A stretch of 63,996 bases of DNA, the filler included, from Barthelona sp. PAP020 (Eukaryota), in the NCBI GenBank assembly GCA_040182905.1. It is 3 parts of 3 records of this genome, joined end to end, with 100 filler letters (N's around TTAATTAATTAA, not from the genome) between each part and the next. Parts side by side here need not be neighbours in the genome. Positions count along the whole stretch, not along the records: positions 1 to 24,353 come from JARQWU010000157.1; 2 more parts are not named here. One strand, written 5' to 3'. Of this stretch, positions 1-10,768 are shown one piece after another (the first letter of the stretch is position 1; every line of letters begins with the position of its first letter). The translations under genes were made by a program, and so were the position numbers. A model generated the notes under the pieces. That model had not been told where the DNA came from and ran no database searches. It saw only the letters and a list, made by a program, of their open reading frames with translations.

Positions 1-108
1 CAAGCTGGATTCCCTGGTGGATTCCCCGGTGGTGCTGGATTCCCTGGAGCTGGTGCTACTGGTCCTTCAGCTTCTTCTGAACCTGTTATTGAAGATGTTG
101 ATGATTAA
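1..108 (+). CDS. HSP70: Cytosolic HSP70, 3' end (partial)
   Basis: Frame 1 reads QAGFPGGFPGGAGFPGAGATGPSASSEPVIEDVDD*: GGFP repeats and an EEVD-like acidic terminus, typical of cytosolic HSP70. Confidence 0.85.
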   Translation, partial: QAGFPGGFPGGAGFPGAGATGPSASSEPVIEDVDD

Positions 109-364
109 AAAAGTAACATTTGATTTACTCTCTTCGAATTGAAATAAACAGTGTCTGTATTTGTTTTTTTTTTTTCCACTTTTTTGGTTTTGGAAAAATT
201 TTCAAAGAAACAATGAATAATCCTTTTGTAAGAGACTGTAAAAACCTGCTTCATTATTTGCTGAACATAATTTGTGTTATTTACTTTGCATTTAAGTATT
301 TTGAAAAAGAAAGAACAATAAAAAGAATAATTTTTCCTTTTTTTTTTTAAATTGGAGTGTTTGG

Positions 365-1246
365 ATGGATGAACTTGATGATTTTCTCTTTGATCAGATA
401 ATTGATCGAAAATTATTCGTAACTGTACCAATATTATGTGAACACTTTCGAATTGGCATAGAAGAGGGAAAAAACAGAATGACTAAGTTTTATAATTCAA
501 ATTATAGAAACACACCAACTATATATGCTCATGTATTCAAAAGTGAAAACAATGAAATTAAATCACTTTGCATTTCTGGAGTGAAATTTTCTTCTGTTGA
601 TGGTACGGAGATTTTTGGATTATCGTTAAACACAAACACAAATGGAATTTGTCAAAGCACTTCCGTTCATTTTTGTAATGAAGAACTTTTGAAAAATGTT
701 TTAAAATTTAGTCTGTGCAGCTCTTATCGTCATCCTGATTTGAAGGTTAAACGTGAAATTGAACAAAAAGTAACAACGGAAACAACTAAAGAAAAGATAA
801 AATCAAAAGAAGAATTGAAAAGAATTCCACATCAACAAAAATCCAAAAAAAATGGGACTACTTTTGGCAATAAATCTGAAACAAAGCCAAAAACACGGCA
901 AAAAACAGAATCAAAAACTCATCAGAACATGCATAAACATAAAGAGGTTGAGTTTCAATCACATAGTCAATCTGATAGTGATATTGAAGACCTTGTTGAT
1001 GATGGTATTGATAATTATGATTTTGACTCCAACATTTTTGGACTTGATGTTGAATTGGATGATGTTGTTGAATTGTCTAAAGAAGAAAAGGAAATTTCTC
1101 ATGTTGACAAAAAGAAACCCTCCAAAAAACCTGTTCAAAAGACAGTTCAAGAAATTATTCAATCTAAAGACTCAAAGATTGATAATAAAAATAAAACGAA
1201 AAAGGATAAGAAAAAAAAACAAAAGAAGTTGTCTAGTTTTTTTTAA
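365..1246 (+). CDS. POLD3: DNA polymerase delta subunit 3 (POLD3/Cdc27/Pol32-like)
   Basis: N-terminal winged-helix-like segment LDDFLFDQIIDRKLFVTVPILCEHFRI...KNRMTKFY, charged linker, C-terminal PCNA-binding PIP box QKKLSSFF*. Confidence 0.75.
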   Translation: MDELDDFLFDQIIDRKLFVTVPILCEHFRIGIEEGKNRMTKFYNSNYRNTPTIYAHVFKSENNEIKSLCISGVKFSSVDGTEIFGLSLNTNTNGICQSTSVHFCNEELLKNVLKFSLCSSYRHPDLKVKREIEQKVTTETTKEKIKSKEELKRIPHQQKSKKNGTTFGNKSETKPKTRQKTESKTHQNMHKHKEVEFQSHSQSDSDIEDLVDDGIDNYDFDSNIFGLDVELDDVVELSKEEKEISHVDKKKPSKKPVQKTVQEIIQSKDSKIDNKNKTKKDKKKKQKKLSSFF

Positions 1247-1402
1247 TTTTTATAAATACATGTTGTAATGTTTATTTTATAATATTTATTGTTAAATTTA
1301 TAAGTGGAAAACGTTTTCAACAAATAAAGACAACGGGTATTGAAATATCAATCTTGTTTTTTTTAATTGACTGTTCACCGTTTGTTGCATTTTTAATTAT
1401 TT

Positions 1403-1867
1403 ATGGTTGAGGAAGTTTATCAAAAAGGATTTGATGTGATTGATGAAGATGATGATGGTTTGATTTCAAAGGATGATTTTGCTTTATGTTTCAAATATGT
1501 TGGATATAAAATATCTCCAAGATTATTAGAATCATTTTTTTGGGAATTAGATGTTGATTCTGATGGAAAATTGACACTTGAAGATCTACTGTCTGCTTTT
1601 TACGAATCTAGATTGAACTTTTCGGCAAGATTAAACTTGTTAATGTTATTAGTTGAATTTATTGCTTTGGAAGATAATCGTGGTTGCATTTCATTACAAG
1701 AATGTGTTCAATTACTGTGTATACGGTTTGGTAGGTTCACTACTGATGCTGACATTCATAATGTGTTTGTTGAAATGATGAAACCAGGATCTAATAAAAA
1801 TGAGAATCTTGTTGATTTCAAGAAATATGTTGAACAAGCGAAGTTGTCTATTTGTATAATGAGTTGA
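1403..1867 (+). CDS. EF-hand calcium-binding protein (calmodulin/centrin-like)
   Basis: Canonical loops DEDDDGLISKDD and DVDSDGKLTLED; degenerate C-terminal pair; 154 aa. Confidence 0.8.
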   Translation: MVEEVYQKGFDVIDEDDDGLISKDDFALCFKYVGYKISPRLLESFFWELDVDSDGKLTLEDLLSAFYESRLNFSARLNLLMLLVEFIALEDNRGCISLQECVQLLCIRFGRFTTDADIHNVFVEMMKPGSNKNENLVDFKKYVEQAKLSICIMS

Positions 1868-1998
1868 GCTCACTTTGACTGTTTTTTCTTTTTCTGTAAA
1901 ATATCGTTGGTATGTGTTGTTGTTGTTTTTTTTTTTGTCCTATTAATCATGCAAAAAAGAACGAAGATGAATAAAAGAAACAAAAGTTGTATGAATAT

Positions 1999-3381
1999 TT
2001 ACATATATGAACTATCTGCAATTTGCTTGTATTTATCACTCAAATGGCGTAATTCTTCCATTGTTTCTTGAAAATAACTTTCCTCAAGACCTTCTTCAGT
2101 GTAATGATGAACAAAAACTCTGCGATTGAAAAGTTTTTCAAATTTGCTACACATTTGGTCCACGTAAACCCCATACCCTGTCGAATTGATAATAGAACAC
2201 ACAGATTTAGTTTTTGAAGAAGAGAAATCACAATTACCAATTTTGAAAATTCCATTGGTCCATTGAGGTGTTCTTAAACCTCTTTTTTCCAAAAATTTAT
2301 TCAAATCTGAATTTATCTGAGAAATTGAAAACTGACCACGATATAACAAGGCTGAAGCCAATATACAATTATCATGAGGTAAAGACGAAAACAATTGAAC
2401 CTTCTGATCACAATACAATGGTATCAATGGGTTATCACGTTTAAATAAAGAAACTTGACTAGCTTGCACAAAGTGTAATTCTGGAAAAGGCACCAAATTA
2501 GTATACATCTCACCAAAATCCACGTTCAGGGACCCAGGAAAACGAACACCTGCAGTAATAGCAGAAATAACATTGGCAACTTGTTCATTCATAGCACTGA
2601 AAGGGGTTTCTTTCTTTTCCATTTTTTTAATTATCTTAGTCATTGGACTTGAATCTGTACCGGGTTTTTCATTGTTTCTTAAGCCCTGAGCCTTTAAAGG
2701 ATCCTTAATCAGATTATCATTAACACACTTTTGAATCAAAGAGGCATTATCAAACGAAAATGATACGTTAGCATTCTCTAAAAGCTTTGCTACTGCAAAG
2801 CAAGAATTATAGGGCGAAGTTATCACATCATCATCCTCAAGCGATGGGTACACAGAAAATGTAATCATGTCAGTCAATGAATGATATTCAGATGCAATCT
2901 CCAATAAATATGATCCTAAACCACTTCCTGTACCACCACCTAACGAGTGTGTAAATAATAAACCTTGTAATGAATCAGTTTTTTCAATTTCATGATTCAA
3001 TAAATCTAAAAATGGATTCATTACGTTAGGCCCATAAAAATTATGTCCTTGTGCCCAATTATTACCTGAACCAGAATTAGATTTAATAATTTGATCTGAG
3101 GAGAACAATTTTTGCAAAGGACCCTTTAAAGTCTTTCCAATCACACCTTCTTCTGTATCAATTAAAACTGCTCTGGCTTGTAAATCTTCTGCTTTGTAAT
3201 TTATAGGTGGATTAAATTTTGGAAAGGTATTATTTTTTAAAGAAAAGAATGAACTCAATTCTTCTGTGAATTTATCAGAAGAATCATATATAGTATGTTC
3301 TTGCAAAGCTTTTAACCAAAATTGAGATCCTATTTGATTTCCACATTGACCAACTTGGATAGTAATTAATTCTCTTGGCAT
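1999..3381 (-). CDS. TUBE1: Epsilon-tubulin
   Basis: MPRELITIQVGQCGNQIG, GSGNNWAQG, tubulin signature GGGTGSG, epsilon-type DDVITSPYNS and RFPGSLNVD. Confidence 0.9.
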   Translation of the reverse strand: MPRELITIQVGQCGNQIGSQFWLKALQEHTIYDSSDKFTEELSSFFSLKNNTFPKFNPPINYKAEDLQARAVLIDTEEGVIGKTLKGPLQKLFSSDQIIKSNSGSGNNWAQGHNFYGPNVMNPFLDLLNHEIEKTDSLQGLLFTHSLGGGTGSGLGSYLLEIASEYHSLTDMITFSVYPSLEDDDVITSPYNSCFAVAKLLENANVSFSFDNASLIQKCVNDNLIKDPLKAQGLRNNEKPGTDSSPMTKIIKKMEKKETPFSAMNEQVANVISAITAGVRFPGSLNVDFGEMYTNLVPFPELHFVQASQVSLFKRDNPLIPLYCDQKVQLFSSLPHDNCILASALLYRGQFSISQINSDLNKFLEKRGLRTPQWTNGIFKIGNCDFSSSKTKSVCSIINSTGYGVYVDQMCSKFEKLFNRRVFVHHYTEEGLEESYFQETMEELRHLSDKYKQIADSSYM

Positions 3382-3511
3382 ATTGAAAAAAAAGTTATCT
3401 AATATCTAATATCTATATATTATATCGACAATTCAATTGTGTTTGACAAATATTGTATTTGTTAAAAAGAGAAAACTATAAGAATTTTTATTTACAATTT
3501 GAAACTTCAAA

Positions 3512-5353
3512 CTAAAAAGTTAAATAAACATTTAATATTGTTTTATTGATTAAGACATTAATTAAAAAACCAAATTCAATACATAAAAATAAAAAGTATG
3601 GTAAGATATAAGGACTCCATCTTTTGATTGAAATATCAAAAAAATTGATATCTTTGTTAAAAATCTTAAATTCCTGTTTACTTAATAAGTCTTTCTTAAG
3701 GAAATTTTCTTTTCTAAAAAACAAGACATAAAATCGATTGAAAAGATTATTTTCATGTTTATTTAAATCAATGATACAAAAAATTAGGTGTATTATTGTA
3801 ATTGAACTAATGTAAATGAAATAACCCAAATTCTGTTCATTTACATAAAAAGGAACGTAAAAAAAGCTTATGAAAGTGAATAAAATCACTGCAATATTAA
3901 AGAAAAATCTGACAGATAAAAAGTCAACGTACATCACATCAAACCCTGAAAACTCATTCATGAGAATTTCATTCTTTACACAATTGAATGACATTGCTTT
4001 GTTCAATATGGACATATATTCAAAATAGTTAGAAGAAGATGAATGACTGCTTTGATGGGAAGCAGTTGTAGAAGTTGCCGTCCCTGACACTGTTTCGGTT
4101 ATAGAATCAGATCGAACTGATGGAGAAACCTTTCGGGCCCTTGACTTTGATCCATCAAGATTCATTGGTTTTGTTTTAGAGGGTTCTTTTTGACCATGTG
4201 ATTCTCCAATTTCAATGTTGTCATGATTCTCAGTTACAGTACTATCTTCAACATCAGAGACATTAGGATGATCCTTAGCTAAGAAAATACCACTGGCAAT
4301 TTTTTGAATGTTGATATTTTCCTCATTCTTTTTTACATAAGCTGAATCACCTGACGAATTTAAACTAGAAATGATATCGAAATCGATTGAATTTTCGTAT
4401 TCAAAATCGTCAAATGACATTTCATTATCTTCAGCAACCAATCTATTTTTTTCTAGTTCAACGTACTCTTGATACATCAAAATGTGTAATTCATCAACGC
4501 TTATACCTTTATCGAGATAATTATTAGGTAAAATGTCAAAGACATGAAAGAAACCACCATTCAGCAACTTATAACCAAAATTCTGAAACAAATCACGAAT
4601 TATCCGCGTTTCAAGCAATAAAGAAAAAAATAAATGGATAAAACGTGATGATATGATAATGACAAACGAAAACCAATGATACTGTAACAGATACCCATAC
4701 ATTAACTGAAAACAAGAGGATAAAAATACCGAATTTAAAGCTAAAATGTGAAATGAACACTCTTCTTTATAACTAATAAATAAACCAATTATTCTATATG
4801 GTATTTTAACAGTAAAAGTAAAAAAAGGTTGAATAAACAAAGTGAACAAAGCTATGGATAAATAATCTTGATCATTGATACTTTCAAGAAAATGCTGAAA
4901 GAAGATAATCGGGAAAATGCTGCGAATAACAAAAAAAATCAAGAATATCTGTGGTGACATGATTTTCTTGAACAAATTATTCAGTAACAAAAAATTTATA
5001 AATGTAGGAGTGTAGCTAAGGATCCTTTTCCAAGTAATTGACAATTGAAAAAATATATTATAAGTTAAACATCCATTAATAACAATCTCAATCACAAGAG
5101 AGATAAGTACATACCATAAGCTCTTCTCTTTTGATAATAACTTCGGTTTTAAAGAAAGAAAATCAAATAGTATGGAAAATTCAAAAAACCAATTACTAAA
5201 AAAATAAGAAAATATATATAACACCCTTGATATTCCATAAACATTCGTTATATTAATAGAAGCTTCAATAAATCCAGTAATATCAAAAAGAAATTCACAC
5301 AATATGCCTGTAATAATTGTAAATATAATAATATGATACTTATTCCATTTCAT
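3512..5353 (-). CDS. Multi-pass membrane protein, unknown function
   Basis: 613-aa ORF: several N-terminal hydrophobic segments, a long Ser/acidic loop and about 3 C-terminal hydrophobic segments. Confidence 0.6.
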   Translation of the reverse strand: MKWNKYHIIIFTIITGILCEFLFDITGFIEASINITNVYGISRVLYIFSYFFSNWFFEFSILFDFLSLKPKLLSKEKSLWYVLISLVIEIVINGCLTYNIFFQLSITWKRILSYTPTFINFLLLNNLFKKIMSPQIFLIFFVIRSIFPIIFFQHFLESINDQDYLSIALFTLFIQPFFTFTVKIPYRIIGLFISYKEECSFHILALNSVFLSSCFQLMYGYLLQYHWFSFVIIISSRFIHLFFSLLLETRIIRDLFQNFGYKLLNGGFFHVFDILPNNYLDKGISVDELHILMYQEYVELEKNRLVAEDNEMSFDDFEYENSIDFDIISSLNSSGDSAYVKKNEENINIQKIASGIFLAKDHPNVSDVEDSTVTENHDNIEIGESHGQKEPSKTKPMNLDGSKSRARKVSPSVRSDSITETVSGTATSTTASHQSSHSSSSNYFEYMSILNKAMSFNCVKNEILMNEFSGFDVMYVDFLSVRFFFNIAVILFTFISFFYVPFYVNEQNLGYFIYISSITIIHLIFCIIDLNKHENNLFNRFYVLFFRKENFLKKDLLSKQEFKIFNKDINFFDISIKRWSPYILPYFLFLCIEFGFLINVLINKTILNVYLTF

Positions 5354-5467
5354 TTCATTATAATATTCAATTTCGAATAATAAAAATCCCTTTGACTTAA
5401 AATCGACAAAACAAAAAATGGTTTACAAGTATTTTTTTTTTTATAATAATATATTATCACCATTTTA

Positions 5468-5728
5468 ATGAGTACAACTTGTGCAGACGTTGCAAAATTC
5501 TTAAATCAAGAATTGGAATTCCATTTGATTAACAAATTGGTAGTCACAGGTACCGTGAAAGGATTCGATTCCTTGTCAAATTTAACTCTTGATGATTGTG
5601 TTATTAAAAGTGAATCTGCAGAAGAGCCATATTTACAAAAATCATCTTCTGTTGTATTACCTTACAGAACAATCACTTGTATGTTTCCCGTAGAAGGTGT
5701 TAAAAATATTGCCAATCCTTGGGAATAA
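5468..5728 (+). CDS. LSM7: Sm-like protein LSm7
   Basis: Sm1 motif GTVKGFDSLSNLTLDD and LSm7-type C-terminus PVEGVKNIANPW. Confidence 0.7.
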   Translation: MSTTCADVAKFLNQELEFHLINKLVVTGTVKGFDSLSNLTLDDCVIKSESAEEPYLQKSSSVVLPYRTITCMFPVEGVKNIANPWE

Positions 5729-5866
5729 TTATTTATCACAAATAATTGCAAGATTCATTTTTTTACATCTTTTTCATCAGTTGCATTGCAATTGATCTTT
5801 CTTTTTTTTTTTTTTTGAACAACCCGTTTTATCAATGAACAATAAAATAATAAATAAAACAAAAAA

Positions 5867-6688
5867 TCATAGCTCTTTATTTTTTAACAAATTCAAGACA
5901 ATGATTTCTAATACCGCACCAGAAATTGTTCTTCCTTTATCTGAAATTGTAAAACAATTTGTATATCCATTAGTTCTAGGATCAATATCCCCAATTTTGA
6001 CTCCTTCACTTAAAAAAGTATTTTCTCTGATCATTCCTCTCAACACTCCAGATAAATTTGCAATGCATTCCTTTCCATTGACAAAAGCAACAACATCTCC
6101 CTTTTCAATTTTTGATCCAATTGGCAGAGTATTTGTAATTATTCCTGTTGCAGATGCCCTTAACAATCTTTCAACAGAATATCCTCCAATCACGCCTGGA
6201 CAACCAGTATCATCAGCAGCTTTTCCCTCAGTGATAACACGACCTAAATCATGTCCCCTATTTGTTTCTACGACATAATGACAATCAATACCTGCTGTGA
6301 AACCAGGACCAAGTCCAACTACTAAAGAACAAAGGTTTTTATTGGTGTTGGCTACATTTTTTTTGTTGATAGTTGCATCAACCAAAGCAAATGGATGTAT
6401 TTCTTCAATCATTGATAATGTGGGATCTTTAATCAAAGCTATTTTGTTGTCATTTAAAACATTAAATATTGATTCAACAGAATTATCAACATATTCGCAG
6501 TAAACATCTTCAACATTTTTTGTTTTTTCATAAATAGCTTCACAAAAACTAACATTTCTTCGAACAGCTAAAGGATTTTCAATTTCGGTCATCACAACTT
6601 TGAATCCGCTTTTAAATAATCGATGACCAACAGCACTTGCCAATTCTCCAGCACCTCTAATTAATATAATGGGAGAGTTTAATTGCAT
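5867..6688 (-). CDS. yqeB: YqeB (EF2563 family) selenium-dependent molybdenum hydroxylase system protein, bacterial type
   Basis: IILIRGAGELASAVGHRL, PLAVRRNVSFCEAIY, VVGLGPGFTAGIDCHYVVETNRGHDLGRVI, ERLLRA, GVLRGMIR, KIGDIDPR, ISDKGRTISGAVLE. Likely start MQLNSP at 6688 (ORF open to 6739). Confidence 0.9.
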   Translation of the reverse strand: MQLNSPIILIRGAGELASAVGHRLFKSGFKVVMTEIENPLAVRRNVSFCEAIYEKTKNVEDVYCEYVDNSVESIFNVLNDNKIALIKDPTLSMIEEIHPFALVDATINKKNVANTNKNLCSLVVGLGPGFTAGIDCHYVVETNRGHDLGRVITEGKAADDTGCPGVIGGYSVERLLRASATGIITNTLPIGSKIEKGDVVAFVNGKECIANLSGVLRGMIRENTFLSEGVKIGDIDPRTNGYTNCFTISDKGRTISGAVLEIIVLNLLKNKEL

Positions 6689-6802
6689 TAATTTAAAAAA
6701 AGTTCTGATTGATTCAGTATGAAAGTCCACTTCCATCATTTTTTTTCCAATTTCATCTTTATTTTCACTTTAAAAAGAAAGAAAGTGTCTTAAACATCAA
6801 AA

Positions 6803-8071
6803 TTATTTATTATTTTGGACTAATAATTGAATTAAACTTCTTTCATCATCACCCACAAATTCAATCTCACTATTTCTTTTTTCTATCACTGATGCAGTTT
6901 CTGTAGCCAATTGAAACCATTTGTTGGGAATAAATTCTTCTTTAAATAGATCAAAAAATTCATTTCTTTCAATTTCAAGTTTCGCAGGAGAATTATTTAT
7001 CAGAAGTAAACTCTGTGTATCATCTAAAACTGATGACAGGTTAAAATCAATGTGTAATGGTGTCCATCTGCTCATATCTGACGGTCTTTTTTGTATTGTT
7101 AAATCAGGGGTAATCATACCTGGAAGTTCTATTTCAGAATCAACACCTTGCAAATGAATATCATCAATAATTAAGTCTTTTGCAAAACCATTTGTGAAGG
7201 TTATGTTGGGTGTTTCAATGTCATTTTGCTTTTTTAAAACTGAATTTTCGGTAGGATTTATAAATGGCGTTGTTTCAGTTGGAGGATCAATTATTGGCTC
7301 TTTTTTGTTGTTATCTTCAGTTTTAAACAATATTTTCCGTTTTGTTTTCTCATTGGCAACAGCCAATGTCTGTGCTAATTTTTCTTTGGTCAATAAGGGT
7401 GAATGTTTGGTTAAATGTTGCAACCTCTCATCAATATTATCACTCAACTCTTTGAATGAAGCATTGTAATTCTTTTTCTTTTTTTTGTTGAATTTAAGAC
7501 TTACCCTGGTTGTTTTTTGAGTGCTAGTATTGATAACTGTTTGCTTTGTGTTATTTGTTTTTGAACCATCCAAGTCAACATGAACTAATGGAGACGTTAA
7601 TACAGGTAACTTACTTTTAACAAGTGAATCTCCAGATATTGTTGAATCTTTTGAAGGTGTTTTAAAAATTTGAGAAATTGAAAGCTCTGATTTTGTCCTA
7701 TCATCAACAATAGGCTTTACAGAAACAACAAAATTGTTTGATTTTCTCTTCTTTGCAAAATTCCTTCCGTTATTATTTGAACTATACTGACTCTTCTTGA
7801 TTAAGGATGATTTTTGTGGTACAGCATTTGAATCCCAATGTTTTTTGTCGTCAAAAAAATTTGACAATTCATTACCTCTCTCTTTCAAAGAAGGAGATAA
7901 TTGAGATACATGAGATACAAATTGTACATGATGTAAAGATGAATCTTCATTCTCCTTCCCAGATTGATTTTCATTCGATTGTAAACTTTTTCTTTTGGAT
8001 AAGGGTTGTGCTGATGATGATCTTACATTACTATGATTTAAATTGGATAAATATTGTAGAATTGCAGACAT
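6803..8071 (-). CDS. Hypothetical low-complexity (Ser/Lys/Asn-rich) protein
   Basis: 422-aa ORF; no recognisable domain. Confidence 0.6.
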   Translation of the reverse strand: MSAILQYLSNLNHSNVRSSSAQPLSKRKSLQSNENQSGKENEDSSLHHVQFVSHVSQLSPSLKERGNELSNFFDDKKHWDSNAVPQKSSLIKKSQYSSNNNGRNFAKKRKSNNFVVSVKPIVDDRTKSELSISQIFKTPSKDSTISGDSLVKSKLPVLTSPLVHVDLDGSKTNNTKQTVINTSTQKTTRVSLKFNKKKKKNYNASFKELSDNIDERLQHLTKHSPLLTKEKLAQTLAVANEKTKRKILFKTEDNNKKEPIIDPPTETTPFINPTENSVLKKQNDIETPNITFTNGFAKDLIIDDIHLQGVDSEIELPGMITPDLTIQKRPSDMSRWTPLHIDFNLSSVLDDTQSLLLINNSPAKLEIERNEFFDLFKEEFIPNKWFQLATETASVIEKRNSEIEFVGDDERSLIQLLVQNNK

Positions 8072-8353
8072 TCATGTTTGATGAAAAGAAGCAGGCAAAC
8101 AATGATCTTTCTTGCTTTGATTTTTCCAATAATTATTTTCATTTCATACCATTCAATATTTTCATCAATTATATCGATGAATTCATTTTTCTTTTCAAAA
8201 CACTTTTCAAAAAAAACTTTTTGTTGGGATAATTTTTGTAATTTTTTGAAATAATCACACGATAATTGATATTATTATAATAAATATTGAATAAACAGAC
8301 ATTTTCTGTCATTTTTAAATTATTGGTTTTTTTTTTTCAATTTTTCGATTAAT

Positions 8354-10564
8354 ATGCCTTCATCTTTGTTTCATATTACTTTACCAGAGTTAGATAAGGC
8401 CATTAAGCATCATGGATATCGAAAACCTACGCCAATTCAAAATCAAGCAATCCCAATCGCTTTACAAGGGAGAGATATTGTTGCTATGGCTAAAACTGGT
8501 TCAGGAAAGACAGCTGCGTTTCTTTTACCTATTTTAGAACAATTGAAGAGTCATCAAGCGAAGCCAAGAGCATTAATTGTTGCACCAGTCAGAGATATTG
8601 CTGTCCAAATATATAGAGAAACAAAAAAATTTGGCAAATATATGAATTTAAGGTGTGCTTTAATTGTTGGAGGTGAGACTCTTGAAACTCAATTCAATGA
8701 CTTATTGGCCGAACCAGATATTATTATTGCCACTCCTGGACGTCTTATGTACCATTTAGTAAATGTTGATTCATCTGATTTCAATTTGAGTTCAATCGAG
8801 TATTTGGTGTTTGATGAGGCCGATAGATTATTTGAAGAAGGATTTAAAGAACAAGTTATGATGATAATGAAACGCTTGAATCGATCTACTCTGCAAACCT
8901 CATTGTTTTCTGCCACAATGCCAGCAATGTTAGCAGATTTTACTTCTGCGGCACTTAGAAACCCTGAATATATACGATTGGATTCTGATACCAAGATTCC
9001 TGATGCTCTGTCTTTGCAATTTGTTTGTGTTCGTAATGAGGAAAAGTCTGCTTTGATTTTGTCATTGTTTGATCGTTGGATACAGAACAAGAAGGCTTTA
9101 ATCTTCTGTTCTACAAAGCATCATGTTGAATTTTACAGATTGCTTGCTGAATTGCATGGAATATCTGCCATGGGGTTATCGGGTGAGATGGATCAAGTTT
9201 CCAGAACAAACATTTTAACCAAGTTCAATGAAAACGAATATCAACTCTTGTTTGTTACTGATGTGGCTGCAAGAGGGCTTGATTTGCCCTCTTTAGATTT
9301 AGTGATTAATTTTGATTATCCTGATAGCACAAAGGTTTTTATTCATCGAGTTGGGCGTGTGGCTCGAGCAGGGAATGAAGGATTAGCTTTGACTCTTTTG
9401 ACACCTGAAGATTTCCCGTTTTTTTATCACTTGTTTTCGGTTATTCCTCGAGAAATGCCTGATATGGAAAGATTTCCTCAGAATTTGCTTAATTTTTCCA
9501 GTACTCGCTTTAAAACGTTATTAGCAAGATCTAAGGAGTTGAACTTGGCATACAATTCAATGGTCAATGCTTTAAAAGTTTTTTTAAAGACAAGACCAGA
9601 AGTAAAGAAAAAATATTATTATCGTACAAAAGAGTTAATGAGCAATGGATTCAACAACTTAAAAGTCAGTGAATTTTTTGAATTTGCTACTGCATATGAT
9701 AAAAAGGAAGCTGAAGATTTCATCAAAACATTCGAACCAAAGCAAACAATATTTGAGGCAAGATTAGCTGGAAAGAGAAAGAATGAAGAAACAAATGAAT
9801 TGGAAAAGTTGAGAAAATCATTTGACAAGAAAGTTTACAAGAGGGAACCTGTTTTAGAACATGATAACCCAACTAATGAAGAAAATACCACCCAAACACC
9901 AGAATACATAAGAAGAAAGGAATTATTAGATAAACAACTAGCTAAATCTCAGTATCAAGATTCAGAATATTATATGAGTTATGAGTCTTCAAATGTAAGG
10001 GAAGATGGGTATAGTTTGAATAACCAGCCTCAATCGTCAGAGGAAATGATTCTAGAATTTGCCAGTGATGATACTGAATCCATGCTTAATAAAAGAAGGG
10101 TCAAACGTTGGGACAGAAAGAAAAAAAAATTCGTTACCCTTACTGCTGGAAAGGAATTTATGCCTTACGATATCAAATCCAAATCTGCAGGTATTGTGAA
10201 GAATGAATCAGGTGTTTATGTGAAAAATGGAATCAAGAAATCTGATATTTATTCAAAATGGAAAGCCAATCAAAAACAATCTTCTGCTATTGTACGTGAT
10301 GCTATGAAGATGAATGGTCGAGATACTCGATTACTTAAAGGTAAGAAAGGAAGATGGTATGAAGATGATGTCAATAGTAGTTCGACTGCAAAGGAAGGTA
10401 GAGTATTAAAAACAGCTGAACAAATCGCTAAACACAGGCAAAAAATCAAAAAATCCAGTGGAAAGTTTTCCAAAAAGAGTAACACCAAATTTGGCAAAGG
10501 TATTGCATCAGATGGTTTTAATTTGGCACATTCAGCTCCTAGAAAATCAAAGAGAATCAAATAA
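8354..10564 (+). CDS. DBP10: DEAD-box RNA helicase DDX54/Dbp10
   Basis: Q motif PTPIQ, AKTGSGKT, DEADRLFE, SAT, HRVGRVARAG; Dbp10 C-terminal signatures WDRKKKKFV and KNESG...YSKWK. Confidence 0.92.
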   Translation: MPSSLFHITLPELDKAIKHHGYRKPTPIQNQAIPIALQGRDIVAMAKTGSGKTAAFLLPILEQLKSHQAKPRALIVAPVRDIAVQIYRETKKFGKYMNLRCALIVGGETLETQFNDLLAEPDIIIATPGRLMYHLVNVDSSDFNLSSIEYLVFDEADRLFEEGFKEQVMMIMKRLNRSTLQTSLFSATMPAMLADFTSAALRNPEYIRLDSDTKIPDALSLQFVCVRNEEKSALILSLFDRWIQNKKALIFCSTKHHVEFYRLLAELHGISAMGLSGEMDQVSRTNILTKFNENEYQLLFVTDVAARGLDLPSLDLVINFDYPDSTKVFIHRVGRVARAGNEGLALTLLTPEDFPFFYHLFSVIPREMPDMERFPQNLLNFSSTRFKTLLARSKELNLAYNSMVNALKVFLKTRPEVKKKYYYRTKELMSNGFNNLKVSEFFEFATAYDKKEAEDFIKTFEPKQTIFEARLAGKRKNEETNELEKLRKSFDKKVYKREPVLEHDNPTNEENTTQTPEYIRRKELLDKQLAKSQYQDSEYYMSYESSNVREDGYSLNNQPQSSEEMILEFASDDTESMLNKRRVKRWDRKKKKFVTLTAGKEFMPYDIKSKSAGIVKNESGVYVKNGIKKSDIYSKWKANQKQSSAIVRDAMKMNGRDTRLLKGKKGRWYEDDVNSSSTAKEGRVLKTAEQIAKHRQKIKKSSGKFSKKSNTKFGKGIASDGFNLAHSAPRKSKRIK

Positions 10565-10768
10565 TAGTCTTAAAAAATAATTTATGATTTCGGAAATAAA
10601 CACTATTAAAAAAAGTTTTTTTTTTTGACTTATCTTTTTAATTGATATCCCAATCATCCATTTCAATAATGTTCAGATTAATTAGAAAATAAATATCAAT
10701 TATGATAATAAGAGAATGAATGGAATCATATTTTTTTATTCAATTATTTATTCTTTTCTGAATTTGAA

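Noticed and set aside
1999..3381. Gamma-tubulin call based on the MPRE start
   Set aside because: DDVITSPYNS and RFPGSLNVD are epsilon-type; gamma-type VVVQPYNS and RYPGYMNND are absent.
5418..5472. Possible upstream mini-exon and 44-nt GTAT intron for LSm7 (ATG 5418, GT 5429, AG 5472)
   Set aside because: Lacks the CTAAY-N4-AG motif of the supported introns, and an in-frame ATG at 5468 suffices; needs RNA-seq.
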